Notes under the pieces: generated by a model
The model's input: the letters and a program-made list of their open reading frames with translations, nothing else
The model's database searches: none
What the model was told of the DNA's origin: nothing
Shown: piece by piece, positions 20,070-31,389 of the stretch
Position numbering within the stretch: position 1 is the first letter of the stretch
How the letters are laid out: every line of letters begins with the position of its first letter
Assembly (NCBI GenBank): GCA_963712215.1
Contig: CAVQHA010000007.1
Location: 143,583-207,582 of the forward strand
Reading direction: 5' to 3'
DNA: 64,000 bases
Source of the DNA: an uncultured Methanomicrobiales archaeon
Lineage (GTDB): Archaea > Halobacteriota > Methanomicrobia > Methanomicrobiales > JACTUA01
Made by a program: the position numbers and the translations under genes

Positions 20070-20956
20070 TCAGTTCCCGATCTTCACGAGCATCTGCTCG
20101 AGGCTCGGGTAATGGGACTCGACCCGCTCGACCCGGCCACCGGCAGGGGGGAGAGCGAGGGAGAGCTCGTTCATTCCATCGATATCCAGGCCGTCGACCG
20201 AGTAGTAGATCCCGTCCTTCTTGTAATTCCGGTGGTTCCCCAGCCGGGCGAGATCCCCGATGGAGAAGGTGAGGGTGTAGGTGATGGACCCGAACATCTC
20301 CCGGAGTTCCCGGATAGACCCGCAGGCTACCTCCTTCCCCCGCCGTAGGATCATGACCCGGTCGCAGATCTCCTCAACCTGGTAGAGGTTGTGCGCCGAG
20401 AAGACGATGGTCTTGTTCTGCTTCCTGAGGTCCTTCAGGAACTCGATGATGGTCCGGGAGGTCATGGGATCGAGACCCGACGAAGGCTCGTCGTAGATGA
20501 GGACCGCGGGGTCATGGAGGAGGGACCGGGCGATGGCAACCTTCCGCTTCATCCCCTTGGAGAGCTCCCCAATCTTCTTCTGCCCCGCCTCCAGCGAGAG
20601 GGTCTCGAGGAGCGGTCCGTCTTCTCCCGGATGGCGTCGCCTGCCATCCCGTAGATCTCGCCGAAGAAGGTGAGGTAGGACCGGACGGTCATGGTCTCGT
20701 ACAGGTGGGAGTCCTCGGGGAGGTACCCGAGGATCCTCTTCAGCCCGACCGGGTCGTCCACCACGTCGATCCCGTTGATGGAGAGGTCCCCGCAGGTGGG
20801 GGGCACAAGGCCGGTCATGATCTTGAGGAGGGTGGTCTTCCCTGCGCCGTTGTGGCCGATGACTCCGAGTATCTCGTTGTCCCTGAGTTCGAAACCGACC
20901 CCGTCGAGGGCCGTGAAACCGTTGTAGATCTTGGTGAGTCCGGAGGCTGAGATCAT
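20070..20956 (-). CDS. ABC transporter ATP-binding protein (ABC-2 type), one frameshift
   Basis: Walker A GHNGAGKTT, signature LSKGMKRKV and Walker B LIYDEPSSGLD are present. The fragments 20549..20956 and 20070..20552 join near 20612-20616. Confidence 0.88.
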
Positions 20957-21034
20957 TGCTTATTATAATTTATCTATTAAATTGATAAAATTTATGTTCT
21001 GATATAAACGATATTAAAGGTATATCAGGTAAAT

Positions 21035-22852
21035 ATGGGAATATTCTCCGATATCTTCACGATCGCGCGCTGGGAGGTGAAAAAATCCTTCTCGACCATG
21101 GGGAGGAACGTCCTCCCCCTCGCCGTCATCCTCTTCATCCTCCTTATCCTCGCGACGGGGTTCGTTGCCCGGAGCGGGATGCACCTCCAGGACGGGATGT
21201 ACCTCATCGCGACCGATAACCGTGAACTCGGGGATATCCTTGCCGCTGACGGGAGGTTCACCGTCTTTATCGGCGACGGGAGCACCATCCTCTCGGAGCG
21301 ATCCGCCTTTGACCTCATCATCGTGAACCGCACGGTCTCCCAGCCCGTGACCGAGAGAGGCTCGTGCGGCGGCAAAGACCCTCGCGAGGGACTACTCGCA
21401 GTACGTGGCATCGGTGTACAGCCGCGAACCCGACCTCTTCGCCGCCTACCCCCTCTGGATCGACCTCCAGTACGTGACGAGCGAGGCTCGACTTCCAGGC
21501 GACCCAGAGCGGCCAGTACATCTCCGTCCGCCAGCGGTCTGCGGAGGCCCCCGTACCCCAGGAGCCCGTCGTCCAGGTTACTCCTCCCTCGTCAACCATC
21601 CCTTACTCCGCCGATGACCTTCGGAAGAACCTGCAGCAGAACACGGGCAAGCAATGACCAGATCGCACGGTACACGAACCTGTTCACCCAGCAGCCGTCC
21701 TACTCGAGCTTCAAGACCCCCGACCAGCTCTCCCCGTCCCTCCCGTTCGACTCGATCATCTTCGTCTTCGTCTTCATCTTCCCCCTCTACTTCACGTCGC
21801 AGTTCTTCATGATGTCCATCATGAACGAGCGGATTGAGCGGAAGGGGGAGATCCTCCTCTCGAGCCCCCTGCACCCCCTCGTGATCATCGCGGGGAAGAT
21901 GCTCCCCTACCTCGCAGGGATGCTCATCACCTCGGTCGGGGTGATCCTCGCGGCCCATGCCTCCCTCCTCATCCTCCTCCCCCTGCTGCCGGTGATCCTC
22001 TTCTTCCTCGCCTCCGCCCTCCTCATCGGGATGCTCTCCCGCTCGTTCAAGGAGCTCTCCTTCATCTCCATCTTCTTCTCGACCGTCGCCACCTCGTACC
22101 TCTTCTTCCCCTCCATCTTCGCGAACGTCCACGTCGTCTCGCTCATCTCGCCCCTCACGCTCATCATCCTCCAGCTGCAGGGCACCGGGTTCTCGGCCAT
22201 GGACTACCTCTATTCCACGTCGCTCTTCTACCTGACGAGCGGGGTGCTCCTCTACATCGGGGCGGTGAACTTCAACGCCGAGCGGCTCTTCGACCTGAGC
22301 CCCTTCCTCCCCCGGCTCCGGGAGTTCATCACGTCGAGCCTCTCCCGCGTCCACCCGTACCGGTCCCTCTTCCTCGCGAACATCTTCCTGATCCCCTTCG
22401 TCTTCATGCTCCAGATGATGGCCCTCGTCCTCTTCTTCAACCTCCCGATGCCCCTCTCCCTCGTCCTCCTCATCGCCTTCGCCGCGTTCGTCGAGGAGCT
22501 CGCCAAGTCCATCGGGGTGTACAGCCTCTTCGCGGGCGAGATCACGTCCCTCCCCCTCCCGACCATCCTCCTCGCCTCGGCGGCCACCGCGATGGGGTTC
22601 CTCATCGGGGAGAAGCTCTTCCTCGTCGCGATGCTCTCGCAGATCACCGACTCGGTCTTCGGGTCCATCCTCTTCCTCCAGCAGGGAGCGATCCTCCTCT
22701 GGATGCCGCTCCTCCTCCACTTCGCGGGCGTGCTCATCGTCCTCCTCACGGTCCGCACGGGGGGGAGACGGTGGTACCTCCCGGGCGTCCTCGCCGCGAC
22801 GGTCGTGCACAGCCTCTATAACCTCTACTTCATCCTGGGGGCGGCCCGATGA
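21035..22852 (+). CDS. Polytopic membrane protein: ABC-2-permease-like N-terminal part fused to a CPBP (CAAX-type) intramembrane protease domain
   Basis: 605-aa ORF. The stretch at about 21350-21650 reads as out-of-frame Arg/Pro/Ser-rich text, while ORF 21405..21617 carries plausible sequence (SVYSREPDLFAAYPLWIDLQYVTSE), implying compensating indels. The C-terminal part has the CPBP motifs FVEELAKS and HSLYN. Confidence 0.6.
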   Translation: MGIFSDIFTIARWEVKKSFSTMGRNVLPLAVILFILLILATGFVARSGMHLQDGMYLIATDNRELGDILAADGRFTVFIGDGSTILSERSAFDLIIVNRTVSQPVTERGSCGGKDPREGLLAVRGIGVQPRTRPLRRLPPLDRPPVRDERGSTSRRPRAASTSPSASGLRRPPYPRSPSSRLLLPRQPSLTPPMTFGRTCSRTRASNDQIARYTNLFTQQPSYSSFKTPDQLSPSLPFDSIIFVFVFIFPLYFTSQFFMMSIMNERIERKGEILLSSPLHPLVIIAGKMLPYLAGMLITSVGVILAAHASLLILLPLLPVILFFLASALLIGMLSRSFKELSFISIFFSTVATSYLFFPSIFANVHVVSLISPLTLIILQLQGTGFSAMDYLYSTSLFYLTSGVLLYIGAVNFNAERLFDLSPFLPRLREFITSSLSRVHPYRSLFLANIFLIPFVFMLQMMALVLFFNLPMPLSLVLLIAFAAFVEELAKSIGVYSLFAGEITSLPLPTILLASAATAMGFLIGEKLFLVAMLSQITDSVFGSILFLQQGAILLWMPLLLHFAGVLIVLLTVRTGGRRWYLPGVLAATVVHSLYNLYFILGAAR

Positions 22853-23933
22853 ACGGGAGGAATGTCTGGATCATGGCGAGGAAGGAGCTCTCGGGGATCA
22901 ACTACGAGAAGACGATCATCTTCGCCATCCTCCTCCAGCTCTTCGTCGCGATGTTCTCCTCCTTCCTCATGGTCGGCCTCACCTCGATGTACGACCCGTC
23001 CTCGGTCTCCCAGGTACTCGAGGTTCCGGTACAGCATCGCCTACTCGGGGACGAACTCGACCCTCCTCGACCGGCTCGCGGCGTCGGACGACTTCACCGT
23101 CTACCAGATGGAGCTCTCGCCCGCCCTCGAGTCCCTCAAGGAGCGGAAACTCGCCGCTGTCATCTATGTCCCGGGCAACACCTCCTGATGCCCAGGATCC
23201 TGTACAGATCACCTACTATTCCCTGCAGAACGACCTGCAGGCGACGGTCGTGGGGGTGAAGCTCAAGGATGTCTTCCTCGGGTACCAGAGCGACCTCCGG
23301 GCCGCCAGGGCCTCGCGGATCACCGAGCAGCCTATCGAGGTCCAGCTCCCCGCTGCCTCGAGGACCGAGGGGTTCTACGAGTTCGTCTTCGGGCTCCTCA
23401 TCCCCCTCCTCGTCTTCATGCCCGCGATCATCTCGGCCTCGCTCATCATCGACCTGATCACCGAGGAGTACCAGCACGAGACCCTCGAGACCCTGGTCTC
23501 CACCCCGATCACTTTCGCAGAGATGGTCTGGGGCAAGATCCTCGCCTGCGAGATCCTGGTACCCGCCCAGGCGGGCGTCTGGCTCCTCCTGCTCGCGCTC
23601 AACGGGATCCGGATCCAGAACCCCATTCCCATCCTGATCATCGTCTCCGTCGCGTCCCTCATCCTGATCCTCCTCTCGGCCCTGACCGCGCTCCACTATC
23701 GCGAGCGGACCGCCGCCCAGTTCATCTACTCCACGGCCCTCGTCGTCGTGATCCTCTTCGTGGTCTCGGTGCCGGATAACCCGCTCAACCTCATCGTCAG
23801 GGCCTCGGTAGGGAATGCGGGCATCGAGATCTACGGGGCGATCCTCCTCGTCTCGGCTGTCGCAGCGGCCCTCGGGTACGCAACCCACCTCTATGCCCGG
23901 CGGATCGGCCGGCTCGCGCAGGGCGGCATCTAG
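22849..23933 (+). CDS. ABC-2 type transporter permease, 2 frameshifts
   Basis: N-terminus MNGRNVWIMARKELSGINYEKTIIFAILLQLF, with ITEEYQHETLETLVSTPI (an ABC-2 hallmark) in ORF 23166..23933. Junctions lie near 23010 and 23180. The start overlaps the preceding stop. Confidence 0.75.
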
Positions 23934-23996
23934 GGTTCGAATACCTATAAAAGGTCATGCCGGCCCTGATCACCTCCCGGATCACAAGGAGGAGAG

Positions 23997-24665
23997 ATGA
24001 GGGCCGTTTCACCGCACTATGCGATCCCCTGCTTAATCCTTGCCGCCGCTTTTTTCCTCGCGGTTCCGGCCGCCGCCACCCTCGTCCTCTCGGGTTCCAC
24101 CCTGATGCCCGGCACCCTTCCCCTTTTCCCGCTCAGCGCCGGAAGGTCGACGCGATCATCACCATCATCCCCTCCGGGGGAAGGACCTTTGCGATCGGGC
24201 ATACGCTCCAGATGGAGACCGACCTCCCGATGCGAGATGGAACACGAGCGTCATCGTGAACGGGTATACCGGGGACCAGGAGGCCTGACCGGAAGGGTCG
24301 CGTTTATCAACGGTTTCGTCCTCTCCTATCTCAACGGACAATGACGTCTCTCGTCGAGATCTCCGGTCAGCGGCACCGTCCCACAGGCACGCTAGGGGCT
24401 CGAGTCATGCTCATGACCGTCCGGGAGCTCGATAACGGCGGTTCGGTAGTACCCGGGAGCACGGTCATGATCGAAGAACCGGTGGCGACTCCAACCGGTC
24501 TTCCCTTCCCGGAAACATCGCCCATGACCACACCGGTTCCCGTGAAGACCACGGCATCACCTTCGCCGACGAAGGCCGGTGATGTCCTGCCGGTTGCAGG
24601 GATAATTGCGGCCGGCGTCGGCTGGAATTTTCCGTCGCTGGAACCAGCGGAAGAAACACCAGTGA
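23997..24665 (+). CDS. Secreted or surface hypothetical protein with signal peptide and C-terminal TM anchor, fragmented
   Basis: Signal-like N-terminus AIPCLILAAAFFLAVPAAA. Pieces lie in three frames (23997.., 23957.., 24341..). The reconstructed end is VLPVAGIIAAGVGAGIFRRWNQRKKHQ*, with the stop at 24663-24665. Confidence 0.4.
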
Positions 24666-24732
24666 GTCTGCCAGAGCCCTGCCTCTTCCCACCTGCATTC
24701 TGTTTTTCTCCTCCAGCATCCAACATCGGGTT

Positions 24733-25294
24733 ATGACAACCGAATCCGATGCAGTGAAATCGGTTGCAGGCCTGATGGCCCTTGCAGCCCGGACAGCACC
24801 AAAGGCGGTCGGTATCGATTCCATCGCCATCGAGGTCGTGACCGGTAAGGATCTCGACCAGCCTCGGAGAGGAGATGATCAGGATGGGCGATGAATCGGG
24901 CGTCGAATTCTTCGGGATCAACGGCCGCCAGGTGAAGGAGAGCGATGCCTGCGTCCTCATCGGCGTCGCCGGCCGTCAGGCGCTTGGGGCAGACTGCAGC
25001 GGGTGCGGGTATGCCACCTGCGCAGAGATGACGGAAGCCGTGAAGAAATCCAGGAAGAAGAAGGGCACTGCCTACGCCGGCCCCAACTGTGTCCTGAAGA
25101 TCTCCGACCTCGGTATTGCCGTCGGTTCCGCGGTCAAGACCGCCAGTATCCACAACGTCGATAACCGGATCATGTTCTCAGCGGGTGTCGTTGCGCTGAA
25201 GCTCGGGTGGCTGAAGGGGTGCAGCGTTGCCTACGGGATCCCGCTCAAGGCATCGGGGAAGAGTATCTTCTTCGATATCCAGTTCAAGCACTGA
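24733..25294 (+). CDS. DUF2148-family (ferredoxin-domain-like) protein, one frameshift
   Basis: N-terminus MTTESDAVKSVAGLMALAARTAPKAVGIDSIAIEVV, C-terminal part CSGCGYATCAEM...GPNCVLKISDLGIA. The junction is near 24855-24870. Confidence 0.65.
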
Positions 25295-25349
25295 ACGATA
25301 AACGACGAGGTTATTCCGGGAGAGGTGGGGGATAACGACCCCCGCATCA

Positions 25350-26411
25350 TCATCGGAAGATCTGCCAGATGCCAAAGACGAACTCGGAGGCGATGAGGAT
25401 GATGATCACCCACTCGAGGACGTTCGAGTGCTGGATGCGGACCTCGTCGGAGAGCATCGAGTAGTTCTCCCTGATCACGTCCATCTTCCGGCTCACGCTC
25501 TCGCTCCACTGGCCGCTCCGGAGGACCCTCAGGGCGGTTGCATAGATCCGGGCATAATAGACATCCTCGGTGACCTTGATCAGGTTGTCGACCTTCTCGA
25601 TGATCTCGGCGATCCCTGCATAGGTCTCCATCTGCTTCGACATGATCGCATGGTACTTCCGCATCCGGAAGAACTGCGACATCCGCTCGGCCTGCACGAT
25701 ATCCTCGTACATCTTCTCCATCTGCCGGGTCAGCTCCCGGTCATAGTACCGCAGCTCGAGGACCTGGACGTTGGCAAACTCGATCAGGTCGATGAGGTCC
25801 GTTGACGTCTCGGGGTTGCAGAGGAGGGCCGAGTCCCAGGAGAGCACCGCGAGATCGGCGGGGGTATAACTGAGCGAGTTCTTCAGGATCTCCTCCCGCA
25901 CCTGGGGGGAGGTCTGCGTCTTTTCGCCGATCATCAGCGGTACCGGGTCGAAGGAGTCGTCCCTCCTGTCGGTCACGTAGATCGTGTAGTCCTCGAAGAA
26001 GTCCGGATCGATGGCGAATTGCCTGATATGGGGCCCGATGATCTCACCGAGCGTCCTGAGATACTGGACGAAGGATTCCGAGAGGCCTTCCTGCCCGGCA
26101 AAGAGGAACGCAATATCGCTGAGCTCCGCGAAACCGGCATCCCTGTCTTCATGGAGGAAGCAGAAGCTGATGGCCCCGATGTCATAGACCCGTGCGACGA
26201 CCGCGAACTCGAACTGCCTGCCGTCCCGCTCCACCCGGACGGGGTGCATATGGATGGTGAGGGGCGGATCCTCTATCATGATGGACTTCTGCTTGAGCCG
26301 GGTGAAACTTGTCCTCGCGGTGAAATAACTCTGGGCGAGCTCCCGTTCCAGCCAGTCGAGGTCGATCTCCCTTCCGATATCATAGATCCTGTAGAAACGG
26401 GTCGAGATCAC
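25350..26411 (-). CDS. DUF155 / RMD1-family protein
   Basis: Intact 353-aa ORF with a single C-terminal TM helix (VLEWVIIILIASEFVFGIWQIF). The overall pattern matches the RMND1/Sif2-type DUF155 family. Confidence 0.6.
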   Translation of the reverse strand: MISTRFYRIYDIGREIDLDWLERELAQSYFTARTSFTRLKQKSIMIEDPPLTIHMHPVRVERDGRQFEFAVVARVYDIGAISFCFLHEDRDAGFAELSDIAFLFAGQEGLSESFVQYLRTLGEIIGPHIRQFAIDPDFFEDYTIYVTDRRDDSFDPVPLMIGEKTQTSPQVREEILKNSLSYTPADLAVLSWDSALLCNPETSTDLIDLIEFANVQVLELRYYDRELTRQMEKMYEDIVQAERMSQFFRMRKYHAIMSKQMETYAGIAEIIEKVDNLIKVTEDVYYARIYATALRVLRSGQWSESVSRKMDVIRENYSMLSDEVRIQHSNVLEWVIIILIASEFVFGIWQIFR

Positions 26412-26602
26412 GGTTCTTTCCCACCTTCCCTGATGCCTTCGTTCCCTGCCACAATGAACAACCAGAGGGAAGGTAAATAATCCTTATGATGATGCCTTCG
26501 GCCCGGAGGGAGAAGGCGGTCCACTGACGGAGATCAACCCGGGCCGTGAAATCTGCCGGGCAGGGACCCGGAACGGATAGAAAAAGGATAAAACGGTGTT
26601 AT

Positions 26603-26881
26603 TCAGAGTGCTGAATGCTGGATTGCCACGCGGCCGTTTGAGGTGAGCGACAGCTCGATCCCGCTCGTGGACTTCCCGAAATCGAGATACCTCCGGGCCA
26701 GCAACTGGCGGACACCTGTGCGGACCTTGCTCTCGCTGTGGGTGGGGAGCAACTCGAGAACAACATGACTTATGGTGCAGATTGGTTTCCCCGCGACTAC
26801 CTGCAGTATATCGATATGGGTCATATCCGGCACGAATGCCGCTGTCTTCGGTAATAGTGTTTTTGGTAACATTACTGCCAT
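26603..26881 (-). CDS. Small winged-helix-like hypothetical protein
   Basis: 92 aa from the internal Met of ORF 26603..27364 (MAVMLPKT...ILQVVAGKPICTISHVVLEL...VRQLLARRYLDF), with GGAG 8 nt upstream of the ATG. The rest of the long ORF overlaps aIF1A antisense. Confidence 0.45.
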   Translation of the reverse strand: MAVMLPKTLLPKTAAFVPDMTHIDILQVVAGKPICTISHVVLELLPTHSESKVRTGVRQLLARRYLDFGKSTSGIELSLTSNGRVAIQHSAL

Positions 26882-27213
26882 GTTTTTCTCCTGGCAATCG
26901 GGAACACGAAAGTATCGGAGAGAGGTATCCACGAAGAGCCATCCGGGAAACCTTCCACCCGGACCTGCCCCACTCCCAACGTGTGGATACGAACCAGTCA
27001 GCACCCGTCGCCGCGGGATCCCCGGGGCGAAGGGCGTCTCTCCTCTTCCTGTGAACGAATCACCATAATCTGTTTGTCTTCTGAGGGGAAGTAACCATCC
27101 CCAGCTGAAACAGGGCATTCGGGAGAATTCCCTCCGGAGTCCTGTGCCGGTTATTCCTCGCGAAAACCGGCCTCCCCAATAAATACCTTCATCGTGTCGG
27201 ACACCCTTAATTA

Positions 27214-27571
27214 ATGCCAACGGAGCTGATTGAATTCCGGGAAATCCAAAGAAGAAGAATGATGCTGTCGATCCAAACGCAGTAGATGCCCAGGGCCAGC
27301 CGATCGTCCGCGTGCGGTTGCCCAAGAAATGGAACCGCGAGCAGTTTGCCTCGGCGGAACTCATGATGGGGGCAAACCATATCCGCGTCCGGTGCTATGA
27401 CGGGGTGACGCGCATGGGCAGGATCAAGGGAAGATCAAGAAGAGAGTCTGGATACGCGAGGGGGATGTCCTAATCGTGACCCCGTGGTCCTTCCAGGACG
27501 AGAAGTGCGACATCCTGTACCGGTACCTGCCGCCCCAGGTGGAGTGGCTGCGGAGAAACCGGTATATCTGA
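27214..27571 (+). CDS. eif1a: Translation initiation factor aIF-1A, 2 frameshifts
   Basis: Reads IVRVRLPKKWNREQFASAELMMGANHIRVRCYDGVTRMGRIKG then, after a frame change, KIKKRVWIREGDVLIVTPWSFQDEKCDILYRYLPPQVEWLRRNRYI*. One A is missing in a run near 27430. The N-terminal ATG at 27214 is out of frame with the body, with a shift near 27235-27245. Confidence 0.8.
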
Positions 27572-27655
27572 ACATCCCGGACCATACAAAGCTTCATCGA
27601 TCCGGAAAGCCAATAAGATAATGCAGTTTTTCAGAAAGACTGTTTGAGTATAGCC

Positions 27656-27824
27656 ATGTATCGATCAGATTTTGGTGGCCGCAGAAACTTCGGCCCGCGT
27701 GAGATGACCAAGGTCATCTGTTCAGACTGTGGAAAGGAATGCGAAGTCCCATTCAAGCCAACCGAGGGAAGGCCCGTTTACTGTCAGGAGTGCCTCCCGA
27801 AAGCACCGGCGCCCCCGGTTCTAA
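27656..27824 (+). CDS. CxxC-x17-CxxC zinc-ribbon protein, one frameshift near the 3-prime end
   Basis: MYRSDFGGRRNFGPREMTKVICSDCGKECEVPFKPTEGRPVYCQECLPK. The natural end KHRRPRF* is reached after removing one A from the run at about 27799-27802. The ORF-track version runs on into T-rich non-coding DNA. Confidence 0.7.
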
Positions 27825-27902
27825 TCTCATCATTTCATCATTTTACCACTTTATTCCTTTATTTTCACAAATCCCGTTTTCATACCCTTCCCGATTCCTT
27901 CA
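27825..27902. terminator. T-rich intergenic region between convergent genes
   Basis: Several T runs (CATTTTACC, CTTTATTTTCAC, CGTTTTCAT) lie between the zinc-ribbon gene and the convergent YkgJ-like gene. Archaeal termination uses oligo-T. Confidence 0.4.
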
Positions 27903-28372
27903 TTACTCGACCCGGTAGCCGCGGCTCTCCAGGACCTTCTGCAGGCGGTCTTCTATATCGCCGGACCATTCCGGAATCTCACGGAGGGCAGCCTCCCAGA
28001 GCTCCCGTAACTCCCTGTTCTCGGAATGGAGCGCGAGGGTACCGGTCACCTTCCCGATGAGGACCCCCCGGGATCGAAAATCCGCATGACCACGCACCGG
28101 TAGAACCTGCATTGGGCCGGGCTGGTCTCGTGGATGGTGCAGAGGATATGTTCCCCGCTGGGGCGGAGAAACCGGCATGCAGCCGGATGCTCATCCGGCC
28201 AGGTGCGGTCCAGGAAGATCTCACGCTTATCGTCGTCAACCCTTGCCATGAATGGCGTTCCGGTCGAGACCGATTCACATTCGAATTCGAAGGGACCGGT
28301 CTCGCGCTCGATGGCGATGTAATCGCCCAGGTACATGCAGCATGTCCCGCACATCCGGCACCGGAAGGCCAT
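27903..28372 (-). CDS. YkgJ/UPF0153-family CxxCxxCC zinc/iron-chelating protein, one frameshift
   Basis: Starts MAFRCRMCGTCCMYLGDYIAIE, an internal Met of ORF 28046..28579, and continues ...CRFLRPSGEHILCTIHETSPAQCRFYRC. The C-terminal part lies in ORF 27903..28178, joining near 28070. Confidence 0.65.
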
Positions 28373-28379
28373 GCCCGGC

Positions 28380-30558
28380 TCACGCCCCGGGCTGGTACGC
28401 GTCCTTCGGAACCGATATCTCGAAGAGAGCCCCCTTCCCTTCCTGCCCGATCTCCCGGATCGTCGCACCGGTAATGCCAAGGATCTCCCGGACGAGGAAG
28501 AGGCCGTGACCGGTCTTCCCGCCATCGCTCGCGGAGAAGATCCTCTCCTTTTCCTGCACCGGGATCCCGATGCCATCATCCTCGCAGAGGATGGTGAGCC
28601 CGGAGCCTGTGATCCGGGTCGAGAACCGGATGGAGGAGACCTTCTCCCCGTGGTTCAGGGCATTCTCGATGAGGTTCGAGAAGACCCGCTCGAGGAGGGG
28701 ATCCGCAAAGATCCTGACGGGATCAAGGTCCAGGATGATGTTCACGTTCCGCACCGCTATACCTGATCTCGCCCTTCCGATCACATCCTCCAGGTCCTGC
28801 CATACCGGTGAATGGACCCCGACATCCTGGTACTGCCTGGTGAACTCGATCTGGTGGCGCATGGCCAGTCGCCGCCTTCCCGGCATTCTCCACGAGGTTC
28901 TTCACATCCCCGAGGGAGGTGCTCTCCCCCGCGAACCTCCAGGTTCCCGATGATGACCATGAGCTTGTTGAGGATATCGTGGCGGGTGACCGAGGAGAGG
29001 AGGTTCAGCTTCCTGTTCGCGATCTTCATGGCCTCCTCCGCCATCTTCCGTTCCGTATTATCGCGGAACACGATGAGATCTGCAGGCCTGCCTTCGAAGA
29101 GGACGCCCCCCCCATTCAGGTCAACGGGAAAGCCGGTCCCGTCCTTTTTCAGGAGCGGGTGTCGTACCGCCCGGGGACCTCTTTCCGGCCATCCGGCGTT
29201 CATAGTTCTCCCGGAGCCGTGGAAACTCGGCAGGGTCCACGAAATCCTGGTACGGCCGCCCCACGATCTCCCGGCAATCGCCTCCCCACATCTCGGCTGT
29301 CCTCCTGTTGCAGAATTTCACGATCCCATCCTGGATCACGATGATCCCATCGTGTGCGCGCTCCACCAGGTTGCGGTACTTCTCCTCGCTCTCCCGGAGG
29401 GCATTCTCGATCCGTTTACGATCGGTGATATCCAGCACGATGACATGAACCAGGGGTTGCCCCCGTATGGAGATGATCGTGCCGATTACCTCGGTGAGAA
29501 TCGGGGTGCGGGCGGGATCGTGTTTGAGGTGCGCCCATTCGTAGCGCGCCGACCCTTGCTCCCGGAATGCCCGCTGGATCTCCCTTCCCTTGTCGAGTGA
29601 CGGGGTTCCATCGGGCTGCATCAGGGGGGCGAACTCGCCCGGGCTGTGTCCCAGGACCGTTTCCCTGTCCTGCAGCCAGGAAGAGGGACAGGAACGCCGC
29701 ATTGCAGTCGATAACAACCCCCTCGTCCATCAGGAGCTGGGGGACGGCGGACCGCTCGAAGAGTGTCTTCCACCGCTCCTCGCTCTCCCGGAGGGCATCC
29801 TCAATCTGTTTGCGTTCGGTGATATCCCGGGAGATCCCCATGACCCGGGTGACCGTGCCTTCGGCGGTCCGGAGCGGGATGAGCGTGGTATCCTGCCAGG
29901 ATATTCTCTCCCCGAACGAGAACGGGTTCTCGGCACGCAGGGGCTCACCGGTGGTGAATACCTCAGAGGCTTCCCTTCATCCGATCGCGTTCGGCCGGGG
30001 GAGAAGAGGAGGGCCCTCGGCCGGCCCACCACCTCCTCCTTCCTCCTCCCGAGGAGTTCCAGGGCGTGCGTGTTCAGGTAGGCGACGTTGTCGTCGCGGT
30101 CGATGATGTAGATGAAATCCTGCGATGCCTCGGCGAGGTTCCGGTACCGCTCCTCGCTCTCCTGGAGGGCCTCGAGGCATGGCGGCGGGTGACCGCCTGG
30201 TTGATGAGGTTCCTCAGCTCGATGAAGGGGACCTTCGGGTCCGTCCCCTTCTGGAGGTAGAAGTCTGCCCCGTTGTTCAGGGCTTCGATGGCCACCTGTT
30301 CCCTTCCCCTCCCCGTGAGGATGATGAAGGGGATGGGTCCCCGCGCCGTCCTCGATATGCCTTCAGGAGGCTGATCCCGTCCATCCCGGCGCATCTGGTA
30401 ATCCGAGACGATGGCATCGTACCTGCCTCTTTCAGCCTCCCGAGGGCCTGTTCCGCCGAGGTGACGCCGACGATCCGGATATCCCCGCTCCTCTCGAGGA
30501 ACGCCCTGGCGAGGTCCAGGAAATCCTGCTCGTCGTCTATGTGGAGTACCGAGATCAT
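28380..30558 (-). CDS. Hybrid sensor: N-terminal receiver domain, multiple PAS domains, histidine kinase; many frameshifts
   Basis: Receiver: [17 protein letters not shown]...[14 protein letters not shown]...[12 protein letters not shown]-box linkers: [24 protein letters not shown] and [24 protein letters not shown]. Kinase core: [14 protein letters not shown], then [10 protein letters not shown]...DDGIGIP...[10 protein letters not shown]. It is spread over at least 6 ORF fragments in different frames. Confidence 0.8.
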
Positions 30559-30706
30559 ACCTTCTCTCCCCAGCCCCTGCACGCGGTGCCTGGAGGAGAG
30601 TTATCTTCAAAGGATGAGATAAAAGGGTGGGGAATCGGCAGACCCCCCAGCCCGGGAACCTGCGAAGGGGACCGTCTCCCGGTTCGTCCCGGAGGCAGGG
30701 GACCGC

Positions 30707-31386
30707 TTACTTCCCGCCGTCCACGATCTTCCCGTCGCGGAGCCGGATCGATCCGGTCGAAGTACTCGTTGTGCCACTCCTCGTGGGAGACCATCACGAT
30801 GGTCTGCTGCATCTCCCGGTTGATCTCCCTGAAGAGGTTGAGGACCATCCGGGAGTTCTCGGTGTCCAGGTTGGCACACGGCTCGTCGGCGAAGAGGATG
30901 TCCGGCTTGTTCACGATGGCCCGGGCGATGGCGACCCGCTGCTGCTGGCCCGCCCGAGAGCTCGCCCTGGAGGTGGCCGCGCCGGTCGCACAGGCCGATC
31001 TTCGAGAGGATGTCCACCGTCGCCGCCTTGTACTGCTTCTCGGAGATGTCTGCCCGGAGCATGGCGGGCAGGGCGACGTTCTCCATCACGGTGAGCTCGG
31101 GGACGAGGGCATAGTCCTGGAAGACGTACCCGAGCTTGTAGAGCCGGAACATCGTCTTTTCGTAGTCGGTGAGCTTCCCGACATCGGTTTTATCGATGAT
31201 GATGCTCCCCGATGAGGGGGTGTCCAGGAGCCCGAGCATGTGGAGGAGGGTCGACTTGCCGCTCCCCGACGGGCCCATGATCCCGATGAACTCCCCCTTC
31301 TCTATGTGGATATCGACCCCGTCCAGGGCCTTCACCTCGACGGTCCCCATCCGGTAGATTTTCCGCAGGTTCTCTGTCCGGATCAT
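30707..31386 (-). CDS. ABC transporter ATP-binding protein (MacB/LolD-like), 2 frameshifts
   Basis: Contains [28 protein letters not shown] (after a shift near 30960) and [12 protein letters not shown]. The reconstructed end is [14 protein letters not shown], with the stop at 30707-30709. Confidence 0.88.
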
Positions 31387-31389
31387 GGA

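Noticed and set aside
26486-26525. C/D box sRNA candidates: ATGATGA ... CTGA at 26486-26525, and TGATGA / CTGA pairs in the tRNA-Ala array spacers (for example 43064-43069)
   Set aside because: No C-prime/D-prime boxes are present. The box spacing (31 nt, or over 100 nt) does not fit archaeal C/D sRNAs, and there are no terminal stem or guide-like features.
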